Positions 54,101 through 63,870 of a stretch of DNA of 64,000 nucleotides are shown here, one piece after another. The notes under the pieces are model-generated. The model was not told where the DNA came from and did no database searches. It was given only the letters and a program-made list of their open reading frames with translations. The DNA lies in the NCBI RefSeq assembly GCF_009914755.1, contig NC_060925.1; one strand, written 5' to 3'. The translations under genes were made by a program, and so were the position numbers. Numbering within the stretch: position 1 is the first letter of the stretch; every line of letters begins with the position of its first letter. This stretch comes from the human T2T-CHM13v2.0 reference genome, Homo sapiens.

Positions 54101-56999
54101 ATCTGACAGCCTGGAGCAGCACCCACAACCCCAGGGGAGCATCTGACCGCATGGAATGGCATCCTCACCCGTAGGTGAACGTCCGACAGCCTGGAGCAGC
54201 ACCCACACCCCCAGGTGAGCATCTGACAGCCTGGAACAGCACCTGCACCCCCGGGTGAGGATCAGATAGCCTGGAGCAGCACCCACACTCCAGGTGAGCA
54301 TCTGACAGCCTGAAGCAGCACCCACACCAACAGGTGAGCATCTGACAGCCTGGAAGAGCACCCACAACCCCACGTGAGCATCTGACAGCCTGGAACAGGA
54401 CCCTGCACCCCAAAGTGAGCATCTGACAACCTGGAGCAGGAACCACAACCCCAGGTGAGCATCTGATAGCCTGGAATAGCACCCACACACCCAGGTGAGC
54501 ATCTGAGAGCCTGGAGCAGCACCCACACCCCCAGGTGAGCATCCGACAGCCTGGAACAGTACCCACACACCCAGGCGAGCATCTGACAGCCTGAAACAGC
54601 ACACACACTCCCAGGTGAGCATCTCATATGCTGGAACAGCACCCACACCCCCAGGTGAGCATCTGACTGCCCGGAGCAGCACGCACACCCCCGGGTGAGC
54701 ATCTGATAGCCTGGAACAGCACCCACACCCCCAGATGAGCATCCGACAGCCTGGAGCGGAGCCCACAGCCCCAGGCGAGCATCTGACAGCCTGGAACAGC
54801 ACCCTGCATCCCCGGGTGAGGATCAGACAGCCTGGAGCAGCACCCACACTCCAGGTGAGCATCTGACAGCCTGAAGCAGCACCCACACCAACAGGTGAGC
54901 CTCTGACAGCCTGCAACAGCACCCACACCCCAAGGTGAGCATCTGACAGCCTGGAAGAGGACCCTGCAGCCCCAAGTGAGCATCTGACAACCTGAAGCAG
55001 CAACCACACTCCAAGGTGAGCATCCAACAGCCTGGAACAGCACCCACACACCCAGGTGAGCATCTGACAGCCTGGAGCAGCACCACACCCCCAGGTGAGC
55101 ATCCGACAGCCTGGAACAGCACCTACAAACCCAGGAGAGCATCCGACAGCCTGGAGCAGCACCCACACCCCCAGGCGAGCATCTGACAGCCCGGAGCAGC
55201 ACGCAAACCCCCAGGTGAGCATCTGATACCCTGGAACAGCACCCACACACCCAGGTGAGCATCCGACAGCCTAGAGCTGAACCCACACCAACAGGAGAGC
55301 ATCTGACAGCCTGGGTCGGCACCCACACCCCCAGGTGAGCATCTGACAGCCTGGAACAGCACCCTGCACCCTCAGGTGCGCACGTGACAGCCTGGAACAG
55401 CACCCACACACCCAGGCGAGCATCTGACGGCCTGGAACGGCACCCACACCCCGAGGCGAGCATGGGACAGCCTGGAGAGCAGCCACACCCTCAGATGAGC
55501 ATCTGACAGCCTGGAACAGCACCCTGCACCCCCAGGTGAGCATCTGACAGCCTGGAACAGGACCCACGTCCCCAGGCGAGCAACTGACAGCCTGGAACAG
55601 CACCCTGCATCCCCAGGTGGGCATCTGACGGCCTGGAACAGCACCCACACCCCCAGGTGAGCATCCGACAGCCTGGAGCAGCACCCACACCCCCAGGTGA
55701 GCATCTGACAGCCTGGAACTGCACACACACCCCCAGGTGAGCATCTGATATGCTGGAACAGCACCCACACCCCCAGGTGAGCATCTGACAGTCCGGAGCA
55801 GCACGCACACCCCCAGGTGAGCATCTGATAGCCTGGAACAACACCCATACCCCCAGGTGAGCATCCGACAGCCTGGGGCGGAACCCACAGCCCCAGGCGA
55901 GCATCTGACAGCCTGGAACAGCACCCTGCAGCCCCGGGTGAGGATCAGACAGCCTGGAGCAGCACCCACACTCCAGGTGAGCATCTGACAGTCTGAAGCA
56001 GCACCCACACCAACAGGTGAGCATCTGACAGCCTGGAACAGCACCCACACCCCCAGGTGAGCATCTGACAGCCTGGAAGAGGACCCTGCAGCCCGAAGTG
56101 AGCATCTGACACACTGGAACAGCATCCTGCACCCACAGGTGAGCATCTGACGGCCTGGAATACCAACCACACGCCCAGGTGAGCATCCGACAGCCTGGAA
56201 CAGCACCCACACCCCAAGGTGAGCATCCGACAGCCTGGAGCAGCACCCACACCCCCAGGTGAGCATCTGACATCCTGGAACAGCACCCACACGCCCAGGT
56301 GAGCATCTGACAGCCTTGAGCAGCAAACATACCCCCAGTGAGCATCTGACAGCCTGGAACAGCACCCACACCCCGAGGTGAGCATCCGATAGCCTGGAGC
56401 AGAACCCACACCCCCAGGCGAGCATCTGACAGCCTGGGTCGGCACCCACACCCCCAGGTGCGCATCTGATGGTCTGGAGCAGCACCCACACCCACAGGTG
56501 AGCATCTGACAGCTTGGAACAAAACCCACACCCCAGGTGAGCATCTGACAGACTGGAAGAGCACCCACATGCCCAGGTGAGCCTCTGACAGCCTGTGACA
56601 GCACCCTGCACCCCCAGGTGCGCACGTGACAGCCTGGAACAGCACCGACACACCCAGGTGAGCATTGGACAGCCTGGAGCAGCACCCACAACCCCAGGCG
56701 AGCATCCGACAGCCTGGAGCAGCACCCACACACCCAGGTGAGCATCTGACATCGTGGAGCAGCACCCCACACACACAGGTGAGCATCTGATATGCTGGAG
56801 CAGCACCCACACCCCCAGGCGAGCATCCGACAACCTAGAGCAGCACCCACAACCCCAGATGAGCATCTGATGGTCTGGAGCAGCACACACAAAAACAGCT
56901 GAGCATCGGAGAGTCTGGAGTAACGCCCAGAGCCCCAGGCGAGCATCTGACAGCCTGGAACAGAACACACACCCCAGGAGAGCATCTGACAGACTGGAA

Positions 57000-59900
57000 G
57001 AGCACCCACATGCCTAGGTGAGCCTCCGACAGCCTGCAACAGCACCCTGCACCCCCAGGTGCGCACGTGACAGCCTGGAACAGCACCGACAACCCCAGGT
57101 GAGCATTGGACAGCCTGGAGCAGCACCCACAACCCCAGGCGAGCATTCGACAGCCTGGAGCAGCACCCACACCCCCAGGTGAGCATCTGATAGCCTGGAA
57201 CAGCACCCTGCACGCTCAGGTGAGCATCCGACAGCCTGGAGCATCCCCCACACCCCCAGGCGAGCATCCGACAACCTGGAGCAGCACCCACAGCCCTAAG
57301 TGAGCATCTGATTGTCTGGAGCAGCACCCACAACCACAAGTGAGCATCGGAGAGTCTGGAGCAGTGCGCCCAGCCCCAGGCCGGCATCTGACAGCCTGGA
57401 GAAGTGCCCACACCCCCAGGTGAGCATCTGAGAGCATGGAGCAGCACCCATAGCCCAAGGTGAGCATCTGACAACCTGGAGCAGCACCCACACCCCCAGG
57501 TGAGCATCTGATGGTCTGGAGCAGCACCCACAACCACAGGTGAGCATCGGAGAGTCTGGAGCAGTGCCCACACCCCCAGGCGAGCATCAGAATGCACAGA
57601 GCAGCACCCACACCCCCAGGCGAGCATCTGACAGCCTGGAGCAGTGCCCACACCCCTAGGTGAGCATCTGACAGCGTGGAGCAGCACCCACAGCCCAAGT
57701 TGAGCATCTGACAACCTGGAGCAGTGCCCACACCCCCAGGTGAGCATCTGACAGCGTGGAGCAGCACCCACAGCCCAAGGTGAGCATCTGACAACCTGGA
57801 GCAGCACCCACACCCCCAGGCGAGCATCTGAACGCACGGAGCAGCACCCACAACCCCAGGTGAGCATCTGACAGCCTGGAACAGCACGCTGCCCCCCAGT
57901 TGAGCATCTGACAGCCTGGAACAGCACACACACCCGTAGGCGAGCATCTGACAACCTGGAACAGCACCCATACGCCCAGATGGGCATCTGACAGCCTGGA
58001 ACAGCACCCTGCACACCCAGGTGAGCATCTGACAGCCTGAAACAGCACCCACACCCCCAGGTGTGTATCTTACTGCATCGCATGGCATCCTCACCTCCAG
58101 ATGAGCATCCGACAGCCTGGAGAAGCACCCACACCCCCAGGTGAGTATCTGACAGCCTGGAACAGCAAACACAACCCCAGGCGAGCATCTGACAGCCTGG
58201 AACAGCACCCTGAATCCCCGGGTGAAGATCAGACAGACTGGAGCAGCACCCACACTCCAGGTGAGCATCTGACAGCCTGAAGCAGCACCCACACCAACAG
58301 GTCAGCATCTGACAGCCTGGAACAGCACCCACACCCACAGGTGAGAATCCAACAGCCTGGAAAAGGACCCTGCACCCCCAAGTGAGAATCTGACAACCTG
58401 GATCAGCAACCACAACCCCAGGTGAGCATCCAACAGGCTGGAATAGCCCCCACACCCCCAGGTGAACATCCGACAGCCTGGAGCAGCACCCACACCCCCA
58501 GATGAGCATCCGACAACCTGGAACAGCACCCACACCCCCAGGTGAGCATCCGACAGCCTGAAGCAGCACCCACACCCCCAGGCGAGCATCTGACAGCCTG
58601 GAACAGCACCCACCACCCCAGGTGAGCATCTAATATCCTGGAACAGCACTCACACCCCCAGGTGAGAATCTGACAGGCTGGAGCAGCACGCACAGCCCCA
58701 GGTGAGCATCTGACAGCCTGGAACAGCACCCACACCCCCAGGTGAACATCCGACAGCCTGGAGCAGAACCCACACCAACAGGCGAGCATGTGAGAGCCTG
58801 GGTCGGCACCCACACCCCCAGGTGAGCATCTGATGGTCTGGAGCAGCACTCACACCCACAGGTGAGCATCTGACAGCCTGGAACAGAACCCACACCCCCA
58901 GGTGAGCATCTGACAGACTGGAACAGCACCCACACGCCCAGGTGAGCCTCTGACTGCCTGGAACAGCACACGCACACCCAGGTGAGCATCTGACATCCTG
59001 GAACAGCAGGCATACCCCCAGGCCAGCATCTGACAGCATGTAACAGCACCCAAACCCCGAGGTGAGCATCTGACAGCCTGGAACAGCAGCCTGCAACCCT
59101 AGGTACGCACGTGACAGTATGGAACAGCACCCACACCCCCAGGCGAGGATCTGACGGCCTGGAACAGCACCCACACCCCCAGGTGAGCATCTGACGGCCT
59201 GGAACAGCACCCACACCCCCAGATGAGCATCCGACAGCCTGGAACAGCACCCACACCCCTAGGTGAGCATCCGATAGCCTGGAGCAGAACCCACACCCCC
59301 AGGCGAGCATCTGACAGCCTGGGTCGGCACCCACACCCCCAGGTGCGCATCTGATGGTCTGGAGCAGCACCCACACCCACAGGTGAGCATCTGACTGTCT
59401 GGAACAGAACCCACAACCCAGGAGAGCATCTGACAGACTGGAAGAGCACCCACATGCCCAGGTGAGCCTCTGACAGCCTGCAACAGCACCCTGCAACCCC
59501 AGGTGCACACGTGACAGCCTGGAAGAGCACCGACAACCCCAGGTGAGCATTGGACAGCCTGGAGCAGCACCCAAAACCCCAGGCGAGCATTCGACAGCCT
59601 GGAGCAGCACCCACACCCCCAGGTGAGCATCTGACATCGTGGAGCCGCACCCCACACCCACAGGTGAGCATCTGACAGCCTGGAGCAGCACCCACACCAC
59701 CAGGTGAGCATCTGATAGCCTGGAACAGCACCCTGCACGCCCAGGTGAGCATCCGACAGCCTGGAGCAGCCCCCACACCCCCAGGCGAGCATCCGACAAC
59801 CTGGAGCAGCACCCACAACCCTAAGTGAGCATCTGATTGTCTGGAGCAGCACCCACAACCACAAGTGAGCATCGGAGAGTTTGGAGCAGCGCGCCCAGCC

Positions 59901-60360
59901 CCAGGCGGGCATCTGACAGCCTGGAGAAGTCCCCACACCCCCAGGTGAGCATCTGACAGCATGGAGCAGCACCCATAGCCCAAGGTGAGCATCTGACAAC
60001 CTGGAGCAGCACCCACACCCCCAGGTGAGCATCTGATGGTCTGGAGCAGCACCCACAACCACAGGTGAGCATCGGAGAGTCTGGAGCAGTGCCCACACCC
60101 CCAGGCGAGCATCAGAATGCACAGAGCAGAACCCACACCCCCAGGCGAGCATCTGACAGCCTGGAGCAGTGCCCACACCCCCAGGTGAGCATTTGACAGC
60201 GTGGAGCAGCACCCACAGCCTAAGGTGAGCATCTGACAACCTGGAGCAGTGCCCACACCCCCAGGTGAGCATCTGACAGCGTGGAGCAGCACCCACAGCC
60301 CAAGGTGAGCATCTGACAACCTGGAGCAGCACCCACACCCCCAGGCGAGCATCTGAACGC
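57000..60360. repeat. X'-Y-X arrangement of the blocks seen at 45400-48170 (~2.5-kb internal period)
   Basis: GATTGTCTGG at 57310 and 59835, and GGAGAGT doublets at 57349/57549 and 59874/60074, all offset 2,525. Confidence 0.82.
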
Positions 60361-62340
60361 ACGAAGCACCCACACCCCCAGGTGAGCATCTGACAGCCTC
60401 GAGCAACACCCACACCCCCAGGTGAGTATCTGACAGCCTGGAACAGCACCCTGCACCCCCAAGTGAGCATCTGACAACCTGGAGAAGCAGCCACACCCCC
60501 AGGTGAGCATCCAACAGCCTGGAACTGCACCCACATCCCCAGGTGAGCATCTGACAGCCTGAAACAGCACCCACACACGCAGGTGAGCGTCCGACAGCCT
60601 GGAGCAGCACCCACACCCCCAGGCGATCATCTGACAGCCTGGAACAGCACCCACACACCCAGGTGAGCATCTGATATCCTGGAACAGCACCCACACCCCC
60701 AGGTGAGCATCTGACAGGCTGGAGCAGCACGCAAACCCTCAGGTGAGCATCTGACAGCCTGGAACAGCACCCACACCCCCAGGTGAACATCCGACACCCT
60801 GGAGCAGAACCCACACCCGCAGGCGAGCATCTGACAGCCTGGGTCGGCACCCACACCCCCAGGTGAGCATCTGATGGTCTGGAGCAGCACCCACACCCAC
60901 AGGTGAGCATCTGACAGCCTGCAACAGCACCCACACCCCCAGGTGAGCATCTGACAGCCTGGAAGAGGACCCTGCAGCCCCAAGTGAGCACCTGACAACC
61001 TGGAGCAGCAACCACACCCCCAGGTGAGCATCCAACAGCCTGGAAGAGCACCCACACACCCAGGAGATCATGTGACAGTCTGGAGCATCACCACACCCCC
61101 AGGTGAGCATCCGACAGCCTGGAACAGCACCTAGAAACCCAGGTGAGCATCCGACAGCCTGGAGCAGCACCCACACCCCCAGGCGAGCATCTGACAGCCC
61201 GGAGCAGCACGCAAACCCCTAGGTGAGCATCTGATACCCTGGAACAGCACCACAACCCCAGGTGAGCATCCGACAGCCTGGAGCAGCACCCACACCAAAA
61301 GGCGAGCATCTGACAGCCTAGGTCGGCACCCACACCCCCAGGTGAGCATCTGACAGCCTGGAACAGCACCCTGCACCCTCAGGTGCGCACGTGACACCCT
61401 GGAACAGCTCCCACACGTGCAGGCGAGCATCTGACGGCCTGGAACGGCATCCACACCCCGAGGCGAGCATCGGACAGCCTGGAGGAGCAGCCACACCCCC
61501 AGGTGAGCATCTGACAGCCTGGAACAGCAACCACTCCCCCCGGCCAGCATCTGAGGACCTGGAACAGCAACCACATCCCCAGGCGAGCATCTGACAGCCT
61601 GGAACAGCACCCTGCAACCCCGAGTGAGGATCAGACAGCCTGGAGCAGCACCCACACTCCAGGTGAGCATCTGACAGCCTGAAGCAGCACCCACACCAAC
61701 AGGTGAGCATCTGACAGCCTGGAACAGCACCCACACCCCCAGGTGAGCATCTGACAGCCTGGAACAGCTCTCACAAACCCAGGTGAACATCTGACAGTCT
61801 GGAACAGCACCCTGCACCCCCAAGTGAGCATCTGACAGCCTGGAGCAGCAACCACAACCCCAGGTGAGCATCCAACAGCCTGGAACAGCACCGACACCCC
61901 CAGGTGAGCATCCGACAGCCTGGAGCAGCATCCAGAACCCCTGGTGAGCATCTGATATCCTGGAACAGCACCCATACGCCCAGATGAGAGTCTGACAGCC
62001 TGGAACAGCAGTCTGCACCCGGAGGTGCGCACGTGACAGCCTGGAACAGCACCCACAACCCCAGGCGAGCATCTGACGGCCTGGAACGGCACCCACACCC
62101 GCAGGTGGGCATCCGACATCGTGAAACAGCTCCCACACCCCCAGATGAGCATCCGACAGTCTGGAGCAGCACCCACACCCACAGGTGAGCATCCGAAAGC
62201 CTGGAGCAGCACCCGCATACCCAGGTGAGCATCCGACAGCCTGGAGCAGCACCCACACCCCCAGGTGAGCATCTGACCGCATGGAATGGCATCCTCACCC
62301 ATAGGTGAACATCCGACAGCCTGGAGCAGCACCCACACCC

Positions 62341-63870
62341 CCAGGTGAGCATCTGACAGCCCGGAGCAGCACGCACAACGCCAGGTGAGCATCTGATAGC
62401 CTGGAACAGCACCCACACCCCCAGGTGAGCATCCGACAGGCTGGAGCGGAACCCACACCCCCAGGCGAGCATCTGACAGCCCGGAACAGCACCCTGCAGC
62501 CCCGGGTGAGGATCAGACAGCATGGAGCAGCACCCACACTCCAGGTGAGCATCTGACAGCCTGAAGCAGCACCCACACAAACAGGTGAGCATCTGACAGC
62601 CTGCAACAGCACCCACACCCCCAGGAGAGCATCTGACAGCCTGGAAGAGGACCCTGCAGCCCTAAGTGAGCATCTGACAACTTGGAGCAGCAACCACACC
62701 CACAGGTGAGCATCCAACAGCCTGGAACAGCACCCACACACCCAGGTGAGCATCTGACAGCCTGGAGCAGCAGGCACACCCCAAGGTGAGCATCCGACAG
62801 CCTGGAACAGCTCCTACAAACCCAGGTGAGCATCCGACAGCCTGGAGCAGCACCCACACCTCCAGGCGAGCATCTGACAGCCTGGAACAGCACCCACACC
62901 CAAGGTGAGCATCCGATATCCTGGAACAGCACCCACACCCCCAGGTGAGCATCTGACAGCCCGGAGCAGCACGCAAACCCCCAGGTGAGCATCTGATACC
63001 CTGGAACAGCACCCACACCCCCAGGTGAGCATCCGACAGCCTGGAGCAGAACCCACACCAACAGGCGAGCATCTGACAGCCTGGGTCAGCACCCACACCC
63101 CCAGGTGAGCATCTGACAGCCTGAACAGCACCCCGCACCCTCAGGTGCGCACGTGACAGCCTGGAACAGCACCCACACACCCAGGCGAGCATCTGACGGC
63201 CTGGAACGGCACCCACACCCCGAGGCGAGCATCGGACATCCTGGAGCAGCAGCCACACCCCCAGGTGGGCATCTGACAGCCTGGAACAGCACCCTGCACC
63301 CCCAGGTGAGCATCTGACAGTCTGGAACAGCACCCTGCACCCTCAGGTGCGCACGTGACAGCCTGGAACAGCACCCACACCCCGAGGCGAGCAACTGACA
63401 GCCTGGAACAGCACCCTGCATCCCCAGGTGAGCATCTGAAGGCCTGGCACCCCACCCACAACCCCAGGTGAGCATCCGACAGCCTGGAGCAGCACCCACA
63501 TCCCCAGGTGAGCATATGACCGCATGGAATGGCATCCTCACCTCCACGTGAGCATCGGACAGCCTGGAGCAGCACCCACACACCCTGGTGAGCATCTGAC
63601 AGCCTGGAACAGCAACCAATCCCCCGGGCCAGCATCTGACAGCCTGGAACAGCAACCACATCCCCAAGCGAGCATCTGACAGCCTGGAACAGCACCCTGC
63701 ACCCCCGATTGCGGATCAGACAGCCTGGCGCAGCACCCACACTCCAGGTGAGCATCTGACACTCTGAAGCAGCACCCACACCAACAGGTGAGCATCTGAC
63801 AGCCTGGAACAGCACCCACACCCGCAGGTGAGCATCTGACAGCCTGGAACAGCTCTCACAACGGCAGGTG
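62341..63870. repeat. Dispersed ~1.5-kb duplicated block, copy 2 (copy 1 at ~10110-11640)
   Basis: Same ordered rare variants at offset ~52,232. Confidence 0.88.

Noticed and set aside
106-61594. Short plus-strand ORFs (60-134 aa, e.g. 2224-2628, 32726-33091)
   Set aside because: They arise where TGA-to-CGA variants happen to remove the in-frame stops in a few consecutive monomers. There is no coding signal.
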